This document shows positions 1 through 13,125 of a stretch of DNA of 64,000 nucleotides, in pieces (position 1 is the first letter of the stretch; the number at the start of each line of letters is the position of its first letter). Origin of the DNA: Felis catus. Lineage: Eukaryota. The position numbers and the translations under genes were made by a program. The DNA is taken from the NCBI RefSeq assembly GCF_018350175.1, contig NC_058368.1:197162001-197226000 (forward strand). Reading direction: 5' to 3'. Under the pieces are notes generated by a model. That model did no database searches. It was not told the origin of the DNA and worked only from the letters and a program-made list of their open reading frames with translations.

Positions 1-1087
1 AGCAGCTGCCACTCATTTCCTGGCTTGGGGGTTTATCTCCTCCAGTCGACAGGTCTTTCCTGAGCACCTTCTAGATAGTGGACTGCGCCGGTGCCCTGTC
101 AATAACGGTGTGAGAGAAGAGTGAAATAATGATAATAAAGATCTCCAAAGAGAAGAGCGTCGAAGCAAAGGGGAAACAAGAGAGGATTCAAAGGTGGGCA
201 GGCTTGGGATACTTCCAATTTTTGAGATTCTTTGTGTCTTAACAGATGAAGAAATGCCAACACGGAGCGATACACGTTGTGGAAACGAATGCTTTTGGCA
301 TACAAAATTTAGTGCAAGGTCAGTGCGCCCCTTCTAAAATAATTCCAGCACGTAGGGAAAATACTGCTGTGGGCAGTGTGGTCCGGGAATGGGCTTTAAG
401 TTTAAAGTTGTATGAAGAATGTCAACTTCTTTCATCCTGCTTAGTGTATCTCTGTGGAAAGAGGTATAACTCATTTACAGACGATATCAAATGTCTACAG
501 TGAAGACCTTTTATCAAGTGAAGTCCAAGCCCAGTTTTCCTCCTAGACACCCCTCCTCCCGAAGAGGGGCCAAGTCTCTGTTTTCGGTTTTGACTAGGCA
601 ACTCCTTTAACTTGGAACATCCTGGCATTGGGAACACCTTGTACAAAGGCAGAGAGACAAGAACAGGCTGGGAAAGAGCATCCTGCACTTGCCTGGACTG
701 GGAATTATTTCCTCCATTGCTTTTATGGCAAGTTGAAATTAACGCTGTCTTCAAAAAACTGTATGGCTTTTGTTTGTAGGGTGTATACGTGAGCACTTGG
801 AGGAAATGTGGTGTGCTGGAAAAAAAAAAACCGAAAGGATTTGAGTCTGAAAACTTGTGTGTGAGGTCTTGCTCTACCAAGTGAACAAGACTTGTTTGCT
901 CATCTGTGTTTTGGGAGACCTTTTATTGACCTCATAGAGCTGTTGAGAGAGCAAACGAAATGATGGTACAAACCCACTTTTTAAACCATAAATAGCTCTA
1001 AAAATGCGAGGCAGTATTATTTTCCAAGTTCCTCTTTGTTCCTGCCTACTTTTCCAATTTGAAAAGGTCAGTTTAAATCCTAAAGCA

Positions 1088-1292
1088 GGGGTGCCTGGGT
1101 GGCTCAGTCGATTGAGCGTCCGACTTCGGCTCAGGTCATGATCTCACAGTTTGTGAGTTCGAGCCCTGCGTCCAGCTCTGTGCTGACAGCTTGGAGCCTG
1201 CTTCGGATTCTGTGTCTCCTTCTCTCTCTGCCCCTCCCTCACTTGTGCTCTGTCTCTGTCTGTCAAAAATAAATAAAATATATTTAAAACAT
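1088..1292 (+). mobile_element. Carnivore tRNA-derived SINE (SINEC/CanSINE)
   Basis: ggggtgcctgggtggctcagtcg head, CT-rich body, A-rich tail; TSD tttaaatcctaaagca at 1072-1087 and 1293-1308. Confidence 0.93.
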
Positions 1293-1511
1293 TTTAAATC
1301 CTAAAGCAGACAACCAACAATTTACAAGTGGATTAAATTCCCAAAGTTCACTGTTTGAACTCGGAAACACTTGGAAACAAGGCTGTAAATAGCAGTTCGG
1401 TTCCCAGGCTAGCCCGTTAATACTTTTAAAAGTGTAATATTTCATTGGAAAGAATAAAAAATACAAAATATAACAATTGCAAAGGCCGATGGAGGTTTTG
1501 GTAGAATTTTA

Positions 1512-1715
1512 TCAACGTTTATTTATTTTTGGGACAGAGAGAGACAGAGCATGAACGGGGGAGGGGCAGAGAGAGAGGGAGACACAGAATCGGAAACAGG
1601 CTCCAGGCTCTGAGCCATCAGCCCAGAGCCTGACGCGGGGCTCGAACTCCCGGACCGCGAGATCGTGACCTGGCTGAAGTCGGACGCTTAACTGACTGCG
1701 CCACCCAGGCGCCCC
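1512..1715 (-). mobile_element. Young felid SINE (SINEC_Fc-like)
   Basis: Reverse complement of ggggcgcctgggtggcgcagtc...cagccaggtcacgatctcgc; TSD ggtagaatttta at 1500-1511 and 1716-1727; almost no poly(A). Confidence 0.93.
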
Positions 1716-1966
1716 GGTAGAATTTTAAAAGAAATTTCAGAAACTTTCAAGAACTTTGGAGGTTCATCAGAGAATTGGAACAGAGAAGTTAAAACGACTA
1801 AGGAGAATTTACATGTATCTGTGGAATAGTTTATGGAGCGGGATTAACTGAGCTGTGGACCAGGAAAAATGTATAAATGGGAGAACGCGGTCTGGGCACA
1901 GTTGGGCTAAGGATTAAGAAGTCTCCGTGAAGGTGCAGGGGTTCTGGTTTATATAATTACTCATAA

Positions 1967-1985
1967 TGCCCACTGGGTGGCACTG
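1967..1985 (+). promoter_or_regulatory. Candidate CTCF site (intergenic)
   Basis: tgcCCACTGGGTGGCACtg; motif match only. Confidence 0.35.
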
Positions 1986-4212
1986 TTGACTCAGTTGACT
2001 GCAGCTTGGTTGCTGTCTGGGTAAGTGAATGAGAAACCCTGCTTGTGGGTTTGGGGCAAGGAGTAACTATATGTATTTTTTATGTCCTTTTCATTTAATG
2101 GGGTCTTTCGTCACCACTTTTCATCAGTTCACTGAGGAATATTTGTTGCATTCTGTGCAAGTTCCTGCAGGGAAACTAACACTAAGTAGGACTGGGCTCC
2201 CGTTCTCAAGGAATCTGCAACCTAGTAGCGGAGATGAATATGTACAAAATAAACGCGTTGCAAATTATTATGTGAAAAGTGCCAGAGGAGAGATACACGG
2301 CGTTCTTGCAGTTCATCAAGACAAAGCAAGAGTCTCTCGCTGATCGCAGAGAGAGTGCTGGATGAACCTGCAATGGAGAGATTACATTACAGGCAGAGAA
2401 AACAGTAAGAGAAGAACCACAGGGATGGGAAACCGCAGGATACGCCTGCACAACCATTTGGTTTGGCGCGATGGTGGGGTGTCGGGAGGTAAGCGCCCAG
2501 TGAAGGATGGGATGGAGGTTGTGAATGCCCCGTTTCCCCCTTCCCTTCCTCCCATATCTCTGCGTGAGTGCGGCCCTCTGACGGGATTTTTCTTGCTCCA
2601 TCCTGGGTTTGTCTGTGCTGTCTCGAGCGTTATGTGTGGCGAGCTCTGGCTCTGTAAAAAGATATCAAATTTGATCCCTGTGAACAATACCAGGAAGAAA
2701 GCTTTCAACTCCCTCGTGCTCTCCCGGTCTTGTGAAAACAAATGATACTCCCCAGTCTCATTCTTAGCTTATCAGGTGGAGCTGGGAAGCCCTGGGAAAG
2801 AAAAATTTGGAGGCTGAAGATTCTTTGTCCCAGTGGAAGAAACCTACTCTAGGCTTCTCCCCTGTCACCTTGCTTCTAGGCCGGCTTGCACCACGGCCAC
2901 CAGAGTAAACACTCCTTGATCGCCCTCCTATCCCCCTTAAAAATATGCGATGGCTCCCCTCTGCCCTCAAGTGTAGAGTCCGAGTTCCTTGTGATGGTAT
3001 TTGGGGTGCCTTCTGCACTGAGCCCCTTTGCTCAGCACAGATAAGCAGCTCAGGAGATCCCGGCAAAAGCAAGAAAATCCACACATCGGGCGCTCAGACC
3101 TGAGATCTCGAACGGACTCGGTGGCCGCGGGAATCTCAGTTCTTCGGTCGGTTCATCAATGCATAGTCTCCTAGTTACTTCTCTCCTGGCCTCTTCCCGC
3201 CCCCCCCCCCCCCCCCCCCGCCCAGATTGCAAGCACTGTGAGGGTGGGTGCTGTGTCTTACTGCTGGATCCCTACTGCTGAGTGCGGTGCCCCACGTCCG
3301 GTAAGTGGTGGTGAGTCCTGTGGAGTGAGTCGGTGAAGAATTGCTCGAGGGTGCACGAGACTTCTTCCAGTGCATGTGTCCTGGGGAGGGGAGGGGGTCC
3401 CATTTATCCTCTGGGACTGCTTGTTCGCTCCTGTGTTTGCAGGGGGAAATGAGACGGCAGTGGGGTATTCTGTAAGCCGTCCGTCTCTGCTTCCCAGCCT
3501 CACTGCGTGCGGCCCAGTCCACTGAGCTTCTCCTGGGCTCAGGGCCCCTCTGCCGAGCCTCTTGGTGCAGAGTGAGCCCCAGAGCCCCTTGCTCGAGTGT
3601 CTGCCCAGGGCTGGTGGCTGGATGAAAACTTCTCTTGTTCTACTCAGCACAATGTCGCCATTATGGCCCCTACCCAGGGAAATGACACATGTCTGCTGGT
3701 CCACCCTGGGCCCCGGAAAGCAGATGGAGAGCCGGGTGGCAGCTGCTGGGAGAAAGAGAAAGAGTTTCATGGATGACACCGGCAGGTTTCTGTTCCAGGG
3801 CCCGGGGCTCCTACCTGTGGCCAGGCCACAGGGCTCGGCTTCAGCGCTCAACAGAGCCCAGTGCCCCGGTTGTGTCTGGGGGAAAAGGAGCTTTTGTTTT
3901 CGTGCCCAGATGCCGCATGAAGCCTGTCCCCTCTCTGTGGGTCCTTTCTCAAGAAGAGAGCACTCTTGGCTCCTTAAATGAGGCTCACAGACTGAAGCTC
4001 CTGAAGGGCCAGGCAGGGGAGCGGTGTGTGTGAGCGGCCCCGGGAGCGCTGGGGTCCGTGGCAAAGGAGAGCACTGTTGTCCCGTCAGAAAGGCCAGTAG
4101 CCAGCAACCTGGGCCAGCGTGGCCAGCGGGAACATGGGCCTGGATTGGCCACCGCTCCAGACTTTTCAGGAAAACCCAGAAATCCAGATTTTAGTATAGA
4201 GTCTTTTGATTT

Positions 4213-4422
4213 GGGGCGCCTGGGCGACTCGGTCGGTTGAGCGTCTGACTTCGGCTCAGGTCCTGATCTCACGGTTCGTGGGTTGGAGCCCCGCGTCGGG
4301 CTCTGTGCGGACAGCTTGGAGCCTGCAGACTGTTTCAGATTCTGCATCTCCTTCTCTCTCTGCCCCTCCCCCCCTCGAACCCCGTCTCTCTCCTCTCTCA
4401 AAAATAAATGGATCTTAAAAAA
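4213..4422 (+). mobile_element. Carnivore SINE (SINEC)
   Basis: ggggcgcctggg head, CT tract, aaaataaat tail; degenerate TSD. Confidence 0.9.
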
Positions 4423-4844
4423 TATGAAAGTCTCTTGGTTTAAAAATGTTGGTGATGAATTCCAGGTGTTTTAAAACACTGCAGGATGGTCTTAATTTGG
4501 CCGACAGATACCTTTGTGGAACCTTCAGGGAAACGATGGCCTCATGAAGCCTTCTGGAGAGTCTGTCCTTCTGGGTGCCTCCACGCTGAGGGTCCGAGGC
4601 GATGCCCAGCCCCTAACACTGCCCCATAGGCTGACTCTCTTCTGAAAGGCTGCCTGTGCCCTGTCTTCACCTCTAGGCTGCAGGCTGGGGGCTTGTGAGG
4701 CTTACATGGGACCGTGTATGGAGAGTGCTTGGTGCCTTGCCTGGCACAGGGGAAGGTTCCCCCAATTCAGCCAGCACGCTGTTTAGCGAGGTATTTGTTG
4801 CACAGCGGCCAAATTCATGGCCAAATTCGTGGGCTGCAGGGTGA

Positions 4845-5031
4845 CACATCCCTGAGTTCAGGTTCAGGCTCTGCTACTACAGCTGCGAAATCGTCAATGG
4901 ATGACTTATCGAGGGCTCAATTTCCTCATCTGTAAAATGAGGCTAAAAGAAAAGCACCCAGAGGATTAAATGAGATATGTCAGGTGCTTAACTCAGTGCC
5001 TGACCCGTTGTCAGGAGTGCGAGTTATTATT
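4845..5031 (+). mobile_element. MIR SINE relic
   Basis: MIR core ctcaatttcctcatctgtaaaatg...gaggattaaatgaga. Confidence 0.7.
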
Positions 5032-5987
5032 GTAATCAGTACGGGTTCCCTCCCAAGAGGCTGTCAGATGCTTGTGGAAGTATTAAGGGATACCGAAATT
5101 GCAGCCACACAGCCGGGCTGCCCCCTGCAGGGAGTTTTTTCTAAATCAAACCACTGCAAATGTTGATCAGTCCTGGCAGGTTCTTCGCTGCAAGAACGCC
5201 TCATACTCTTAACGTAGGAGCCTTCCAGAACTTCAGCTCCTGTTACCCAAGGGTCTGCTAAGGAGTGGCGTTTTGTATGTGTGGCTAAAAAAATTAAATA
5301 GCGCTGCTATTTTGTCAGAAGGGCAAATCGCTGAGGACAATTTCTCCTGATCCAGGTGGGCAAGACCCTGTGAGATAGGCGATCCCACTTCTTCTGTATG
5401 ACAATAAATTCTTGATGCACAAGAAGGTGTTGGAGACTTGGCTTGAGATGCTGCCGTTAATATTCATTTTCTCGAGGAGCCGGCGCATTGGTCACGTCTG
5501 CTTTGGTGGCCAAGTGACAGAATCGCAACTCAAACCAGCCTAAACCGGAAAAGGAATTTATTCGCTCGGAGCGGGGCTGGGGGGCCGAAGGGGTGAGGTT
5601 GGCTTTTAGGCCAGCTCAGATCCAGGAACGCAAATAGTGCATTCACTACTTTGTCTCCATCTCCACACTCAGCCTTCCTCTGCTTAACCTTCATCTACAG
5701 GTGGTCTCTCCCAGTCTGTGGCAGAGAAGGTCATGGCGCTGCAGGCCTTTATAGATGGAGATTCCGGCTGAGAACACCAGGGCCCTTTGCCTGCATTTCC
5801 AGCACTGGACCAGAGGGGGCACTGGTAGTCTGGGTGAACCACCTGATCTAGGAATGAGGGAGATGCCCAGCAGTCAAATGCACACCTCCCCTGCAGCCAG
5901 CTACTGTACCTGACGTACGGCATTCTGACCTTACCACCCTGTGAAATAAATGTCATCATTCCTATTTTACAAGCCAGTTCCACATGG

Positions 5988-6348
5988 TATATTAGTGTGC
6001 TAAAGCTGTCTTCACAAAATACCACAGACTGGGGGACTCAAACGATGGAAATTTACTTTCTCACGATTCTGGACACTGAAGTCCAAGCTTAAGGTGCCAT
6101 CAGAGTTGGTTTCCTCAGGGGCCACCCTCCTGTTGCCTCTTCACATGGCCTTTCCTCTGGCCCCTGCATCCCTGGGGTCTCTGTGTGTCTCAATCTCCTC
6201 TTCGTATAAGGACACCAGTCTACTTGGAGTAGGGCCCACCTTAATGGCCTCATTTAAATGCCCTCCTTCCCAAAACAGACACATTCTGAGCTACTGGGGA
6301 TAAGGGCTTCAACATCTGAATTTGGGGGGACACGATTCATCCCAGAAC
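5988..6348 (-). mobile_element. MaLR solo LTR (MLT1A-C-like)
   Basis: caaaataccacagactggg...aaatttactttctcac...cttcaacatctgaatttgggggg, typical MLT1 reverse strand. Confidence 0.8.
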
Positions 6349-6803
6349 CCATGCTTGGTAAATGGCGAGGCTGAGATTTGCACTGAGGGAGGCTGAGTCT
6401 AGTCCTCGTGCTGTAATGTCCCTGCTGCAGCTCATGACGGCACCTGTGAGCCCAAAGGCTACACAACCTGGGGCCTCAGCGGGAGGGACCATATCCAACA
6501 AAAACCGTCCAAGGTCTGGGAACTTCCCGTTGGCACACACCTGGGAACCAGCCAGCGGTCCACGAGGGTCTTGGCTCCCTGAGGTGGGCAGGGGCTGGTC
6601 AGGCCCTGCTCGATTATCAAAGAAGCCTGTGTTTGCTTCTCTCTGCAGAATCTTCTGGTTGCTTTCCCCTTGGCTCCTCAGAGACCACTCATCATGAAGA
6701 AACTGAGGGAACACACGTCTCCTTCTCCCCTCCCTCTTCTGTCAAACAGAGCAGTGCTTCCTAAAGTGTGGAATGCAGACTCCTGGTGGCAAGGTGGGAC
6801 GGA

Positions 6804-7749
6804 TTTATTTATTTATTTATAATTATTTAAATTTTTTTTTAATTAAAAAAATTGAATATAATTTATTGTCAAGTTGGCTGATACGGTGTGCTCTTGGCTT
6901 TGGGATAGGGTTCCATGGTTCATCACTTACATACAACACCCAGTGTTCATCTCGACAAGCACCCTCTTCAATGCCCATCACCCATTTTCCCTCCCCGCCC
7001 CCCTCATCAGACCTCAGTTTGTTCTCTGTATTTAAGAGTCTTTTATGTTTTGGGGCACCTGGGTGGCTTAGTCAGTTGAGCATCCGACTTCGGCTCAGGT
7101 CATGATCTCACGGTTCGTGAGTTCGAGCCCCGCATGGGGCTCTGTGTTGACAGCTCAGGGCCCGGAGCCTGCTTCGGATTCTGTGTCTCCCTCTCTCTGC
7201 TCCTCTCCTGCTCACACTCTGTCTTTCTCTCAAAAATAAATAAAGATTTTTACAAAATTAAAAAAAAGACTCTTTTATATTTTGCCTCCCTTTCTATTTT
7301 TTCCCCGTCCCTTCCCCCATGGTCTTCTGTTAAGTTTCTCAAATTCCACATATGGGTGAAAAGATACATCTGTCTTTCTCTGGCTGACTTCTATCACTTA
7401 GGATCATACCCTCCAGTTCCATCCACGTTACTGCAAATGGCAGGATTTCATTCATTCTCATTGCCAAGGAGTATTCCATTGTATACATAAGCCACATCTT
7501 CTTTATCCATTCATCAGTTGATGGACATTTAGGCTCTTTCCATGATTTGGCTATTGTTGAAAATGCTGCTATAAACATTGGGGTAGAAGTGCCCCTATGC
7601 ATCAGCACTCCTGTATCCCTTGGGTGAATTCCCAGCAGTGCTATTGCTGGGTCATAGGGTAGATCTATTTTTAATTTTTTGAGGAACCTCCACACTGTTT
7701 TCCAGAGCGGCCGCACCAGTTTGCATTCCCACCAGCAGTGCAAGAGGGT
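6804..7749 (-). mobile_element. 5'-truncated carnivore L1 (ORF2 C-terminus plus 3' UTR) with a nested SINE
   Basis: ORF 7339-7743 [33 protein letters not shown] is the L1 ORF2p Cys-rich C-terminus; T-rich tail at the left end. Confidence 0.93.
7052..7265 (+). mobile_element. Carnivore SINE inserted in the L1 3' UTR
   Basis: SINEC head and tail; TSD aagagtcttttatgtttt / aagactcttttatatttt. Confidence 0.92.
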
Positions 7750-8077
7750 AATGTGGCCCGGGTTTAGATACTACACACACCAACATATTTGAAGAGTTAT
7801 GAAAGTATTTGAATCTGTATGAAAAGCCAATAACTGGTCCCTAGGCATCCATACTTTCACTGAGAGTGCTTAAAATAGAAATGTCAGGGATGAGTCCTTG
7901 AAAGAAACGTATCACGTAAATAGCAGTAAGTAAATAATCTGATGGAACTCAAGAAGGTTGTGTTTGAGTGACTGAAATTTGGGAAACACTTTTGGTCATG
8001 GGCATAGATGTCACCTTACTTTGTGACCTGATTCATCTGCACCCATGGCCCTAATTTGCCCTGAGGACTAACTCTGA

Positions 8078-8078
8078 G

Positions 8079-8116
<38 letters not shown>
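8078..8116. repeat. (GT)n microsatellite, about 19 units with one interruption
   Basis: gtgtgtgcgtgtgtgtgtg... Confidence 0.95.
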
Positions 8117-8117
<1 letters not shown>

Positions 8118-9949
8118 CTGCAGGTCTTTGGTTTCTCTTGCCTGTGCTCCTGTGCCAATCACCTTGGACCAGCCCAGGTCAGGAGGCAAGGGGGCTCCTG
8201 GGTGGTAATGAGAGGCTGGCCCTCGTCTTCACAGCTTCTGGATTTTATTTATTTAGCCTCACTCTAGGGCTTTTGAGTGCTTGATAGCAGCTCATGGCTG
8301 TGTATATCAGCAGGTGTTTATCATTGTGTGGTCAAGACTTTTAGCAACTTGAAGTCTGATGCAAAATGAAGCATTTAAAACCTAATTCCACACGGGGTAT
8401 GACCGGAGCGGGCACAGTTACGGGATGTGAATTACTACGAATTTTAGCAGAGCATTTCCCTCCTTGAATTTCAAGCCCTTCTCCTCCACGTTTGGCTCTG
8501 TTCAGCGGCCGGCTGCAGCCGCTGACACCTTCCGCAGCCAGGCCCATGTTTCTGTTCCAGGTGCCCGTGAAGGTGAGCTGGCTGCTTGTCCTGATCTGCT
8601 TAGATGCTCGGTGGGCCCGTTCCTGTGGCTGCAAAATGCGGCCATTGTATTGACTTTAACTCTCACGTTTTGCGATTTCTGTGCCCCCCCCGCCCCCCCT
8701 CCGGCCTTCCTTAAGTTCTGCTTTATTAATGTAAGGTTGCCCCCCAGTGTTCAAAAAGGTCATGTGCATGGGGAAAAGGTTTCCTTCTAGAACTTCAGAA
8801 AGCCTGGCACAAATGTGTTGCATTTGTCCATAAAACCCTCACCATGTGTGTGAATCACCTGGCAGTCTTATTAAAATACAGATGTGTATTGAGTAGGTCG
8901 AGGGTGCAGCCTGCCAGTCTGCACTTCTCACATGCTCCCAAGGTGGCTCCGGTGCTGGGGTTGGGGACCACACTCCAAGTAACAAGGCTTAGAGTGATTT
9001 TCCCTGCATCTCGTCAGTTAATAACCACAGTGCAAGCCACAGACAATCTCCACAAAGCCTGAATGGATGAGAGGCATCCTTTCTGTCTCCCTGTGTGTTC
9101 TCGCCCCTGCCTGCCTTCCCACCTCTTCTAAATTCATTCTCCCCTTCATTCATACCTCTCTGTCTTCACTGGAACATTTACTTCCTCAAATACACCAAAC
9201 TCTCACCGACCACAGTGCCTTTGCTCATGCTATCCTCGGTGCTCGGGAACACTCCCACCTCTCTTTTTCCCTTGGCTCCTTCGTTTTCATCCTTCAGCGA
9301 GTCCGTGAAGTGAGTTCCTCTCTCTCCAGTATTCTACTTGTTGTGCAGTAGCTATCTCTGTGTGCCGTCTGTCTCTGTTACTTATGTACAGTCTGTCCCC
9401 TCCTCTAGACCAGAGCTATATGACAGTCCACACTGCCTTACACACTGGTGAGTCTTAAGTGCTCTTGCCTCCCAGCAGACGCTCACTAAGCATTTGCTGG
9501 GCGTGTGTGTAGGCAGGGAGCAAAGGGGCATTCTTCAGCGTCCTTTTGCACATTTGAGCCACCTGTCTGAAGGGGCTGTGGCGGGCACGATACTTAGAAG
9601 AATCATAGGATGAGAGGTCAGGAAAGGAGATACTTTGAAGCCACATCTCATCTTGAGAGATGTCAAACATGAAAGAAGTGTTTCCCTTAGGACAGGAATA
9701 GGAAATATAGTGGAAATAGCAGTGAGTCTAACATTTCTTAAACAGAGTTATGTCAAATTAGCTCATGACACGCTGGATTAAACAAAGGTACTGCAGGGCT
9801 CTGAGGGACTTTTGGCAATGTGCCTTCTGAGTCCCTAAGGCGAGGGACAGTGGCTGTGGCAGGGACACCGTGATTCACTCGCCTAGAGGCCCTTCCTTGT
9901 CTCCCCCATCTCTCTTCTTTCTCGGCACAGCGCCTGCCACCCACTATCG

Positions 9950-10360
9950 AGTCTCAAAAGGCCCAATACATGACTTCCCAGCCTTCTGTGCAGCAAGGTC
10001 ATGGACCTGTTCCTTAGTCCTGCCAATGGGACCTGAGAAGTCTCCTGAGGACTCCTGGGATAGCTTTCTGATCAAAAGAGACACATAAAGAGAAATTTCT
10101 TTCCTGTTTTTTGATGTGGTCGTATGAAGACACGATGCCTGGAGCCACAGCAGCCTTTTGTAAACATGAGGGGTCACATCTGGGGACAAAAGCCACTGTA
10201 CCGAGGATGGTGGAAAGGACAGGTGAAAAGAACCTGGGCCCCCGACGGCATCGTCAGACTGCTAAACTGATTTCCTGCCGTGCAGGACAATATGCACTCT
10301 CATTAAGTCAGTCTTCAGAAGGCGCTCCTTACTTGTGGCAGAAAACATCCTGACTGCTAA
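9950..10360 (+). mobile_element. Old MaLR LTR (MLT1H/I-like), approximate ends
   Basis: gacttcccagccttctgtgcagc...gatgcctggagccacagcagcc...catcctgact. Confidence 0.6.
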
Positions 10361-10451
10361 GCGTGGCTAAACTGGTCTAAGCCCCAAAAGGCTGGACTTG
10401 GCTCCTGGCTCCATCACGGTAATCATGTGTCCTCTTGAAAGCTGCTTCCTC

Positions 10452-10682
10452 GGGGTGCCTGGGTGGCGCAGTCGGTTAAGCGTCCGACTTCAGCCAGGTC
10501 ACGATCTCGCGGTCCGTGAGTTCAAGCCCCGCGTCAGGCTCTGGGCTGATGGCTCAGAGCCTGGAGCCTGTTTCCGATTCTGTGTCTCCCTCTCTCTCTG
10601 CCCCTCCCCCGTTCATGCTCTGTCTCTCTCTGTCCCAAAAATAAATAAAAAACGTTGAAAAAAAAATTTTTAAAAAAAAAAA
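10452..10682 (+). mobile_element. Young felid SINE (SINEC_Fc-like) inserted in a MIR
   Basis: Perfect 15-bp TSD gaaagctgcttcctc at 10437-10451 and 10683-10697; MIR core atctgtgagatgg resumes after it. Confidence 0.94.
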
Positions 10683-11040
10683 GAAAGCTGCTTCCTCATC
10701 TGTGAGATGGAAATAATTATTATGTCCTCCCTCCTGGGTTGTTACAGAGGCTGACTGACATGACATGAGGCATATACGAGGCATCGAGACTGGCACACTG
10801 TCGGTACTTACTAACGAACTATTGTCATTATCGTTATTTTTTGGATCACGGACCTGTATTTGTTGGAACATCTTGTACCATCTTGCAGGACCCCACGTTC
10901 TGCAGGAGACAATCTGGGTGATGCTTACGTTGTCAAATTTTAATGTACAGAAGGAGAAACTGAGGCCAAGGGAGAGCTGCTCTCTAGACTCTTGTATTTT
11001 GGAACATGTGCACGATCGGTCTCTTCCCTTATCACACATT

Positions 11041-11133
11041 TCCACTCACACTGGAAACAACAGAAGGACACAGGTCTGGGTTGAAATTATGTGCTTTTAT
11101 GGGAAACAGAAAAACCCAACAACAATAACAAAA
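11041..11133 (-). terminator. Candidate polyadenylation region: CATAAA variant signal with U-rich upstream and GU-rich downstream elements
   Basis: Minus strand: tttgttattgttgttgggtttttctgtttccCATAAAagcacataatttcaa then cccagacctgtgtccttctgttgtttccagtgtg. Confidence 0.55.
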
Positions 11134-13125
11134 GCCCTTCAATCTCGCCAAGTTCTCAACCAGTGATAATGAGGCAGTTTCAATGATTGTGTCTGGCTGG
11201 GGACATTTCTAAAGGGTCGGGACAGTTGAACTACACTGGCCAAAAAGAGAATTGCAGAGAGGGTTGATGTTTTAAATGAGAGTACGTTAGACCTCTTTTT
11301 GGCCCCTCGTCCCATCACCCTTTCAAGTCATAGTCTCTTCTCAGTTTACAAAGATCCTTCCTGAACTTTGCTCAAATGCGATCTCTTCCAGAAAGCGTTC
11401 CTTGGTCTCCACCAACTGCATCTACCTTTTCAGGAATGCTACAAACATGTTCTCGTGCCATCTCCCATCACTTCCCGCCTTACAACCGTCACATTTGAGT
11501 TCATGCCTGACGACACCCATTGTTAGTAGGCATGCCCCCCACCCCGGCCCAGATCCCGTGTTGCTCATCTTGGTGTTCCCATCTCCTTCCCTTATTCCGT
11601 GCTCTGTATACAGCAGGTGCTCAGCATCAGCAGGTGCTCAGTGAGGGTTTGCTGGACTGAAGTCAGTTCTATATTTGCCACGTCACATCACCAGCCTCTT
11701 GACAGTGATAATGGTTATTCTCACTTCTTCGTCTTTCCTCCATGACCTCAGAGTGATCTAAATCAAGCCATCTCCAAGAAGGAACAGACCCACCAAACAT
11801 CACCAACTTGGGGTCAAAGGTTTGGGGAAGGGAGGAGAGGAGTGAAGCTAAAGTTAAGCTTTTACTCTTGTTCAGGAAGGCAAGGGGGCAGGGAAGGCAG
11901 CCACTGGGGAAATCCAGGGTGATCGTGAGCAGTGTTGGCCAATGCTTCATTCTGGAATTCTATAAGCAGCGATTCTTCCAAAGGTTTCCCCAATGAGACA
12001 TGGCCAACCTTGTAGTGGGAGCCGATGACTGGTGGGGGCTGGTTTGGTTGCCCTTTTAGCCTAGGGACCAGCAGGGGTAGACCAGGAAGCTCTCTCTGGG
12101 ACATGGCCTGTCCGATGTTTAGAGGGGTATTAGAGGTTGTCTGTCTAGTTGTACTGTTGGAGCTATGATGGGAACATTAGCCCTGTGGTGTGTTGAGTTG
12201 TCAGGCACATTGATTGTAGTAAGGCCAAAGAATACAGGCTGAAGTACTGGGCCTCTCTTCCAAAGGGGGGGAAGGGTCAGGAGGCGCTGGGAACAGTGGG
12301 GGTGAGAGAAGGGTCCCAAGAGGTCCTGCAGCTCCAATTCTAACAGGTGCCCTGCTCTGGCTCCTGCTTCCAGCTCCCGCGTCTTCCCTCGTCTCCGCGT
12401 CAGGGCCAGGCAAAGGGGCCAGTTGCAAGTGGCGGAGGGAAGGGAAGTGCCTTTTCTTCCCCTACCGTGAGACTTGGACAAGGGAGAGGTTAGGATCAAG
12501 GACAGAAGGAGGAGGACTGAGGAGCTGCAGAGAGGCCAAGGCCCTATCCATTTCTGTGTGCTGCTGTATCGAGTAGATCCGAGGCCCACACTGCTAAGCG
12601 CATCACCCCCAGAGAGCACCGAACTCTTAACTGGAGAGGTGGAGAAAATTCTGCACGGGCTCTCAAAGGCGCTCAGGGACTTGGGGAGATCGCCGTGGCT
12701 CCTCCCATGGGAGGGCCCCTCTGGGGCCAATAAGGTGTGAAAACTCCATGGTCAGCATCCACCCTGGAGACGGGGGCAAGAGCCGAGAAGCAGAGAGAAG
12801 AGAGACTTCTTCAGGCACCTCCTTAGGAAAGAGAGTTGGACCTTGGGGGACTCAGGTTAGGGACAGATGTTTCCGTATAAAAAGGATCCCCAGCAAAAGG
12901 ATGGGAGTCCCCTCAAATCCCTTCCCAAACCCCAGAGCACTTAGAAAAGAGAGAGTAAGGAGCATAAAAATATCTCGATGACGTGGGCTTGCCTGACAGT
13001 ACAGAAAAGCAAGTCTCATGGCAGGCAGTGTGTCCCATTACACAAGAGAGGATTATACCGAGCTTCAGTATAGAGATTTTACATATATCTTTATATAAAT
13101 GCATATATATTTATAGAGCCTCTGC
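11080..13125 (-). other. ABLIM3: Probable ABLIM3 3' UTR (~2 kb); 3' end inferred
   Basis: Follows the TAG; I saw no AATAAA on the minus strand before the CATAAA at 11096-11101, which has a U/GU-rich context. Confidence 0.6.

Noticed and set aside
3196..3223. Poly-C run as a regulatory element
   Set aside because: It is a simple homopolymer; such runs are common in this window and their lengths are error-prone in assemblies.
1..4200. First exon or promoter of the next gene (AFAP1L1 by recalled human synteny)
   Set aside because: No clear CpG island or recognisable coding exon; it probably lies beyond the left edge.
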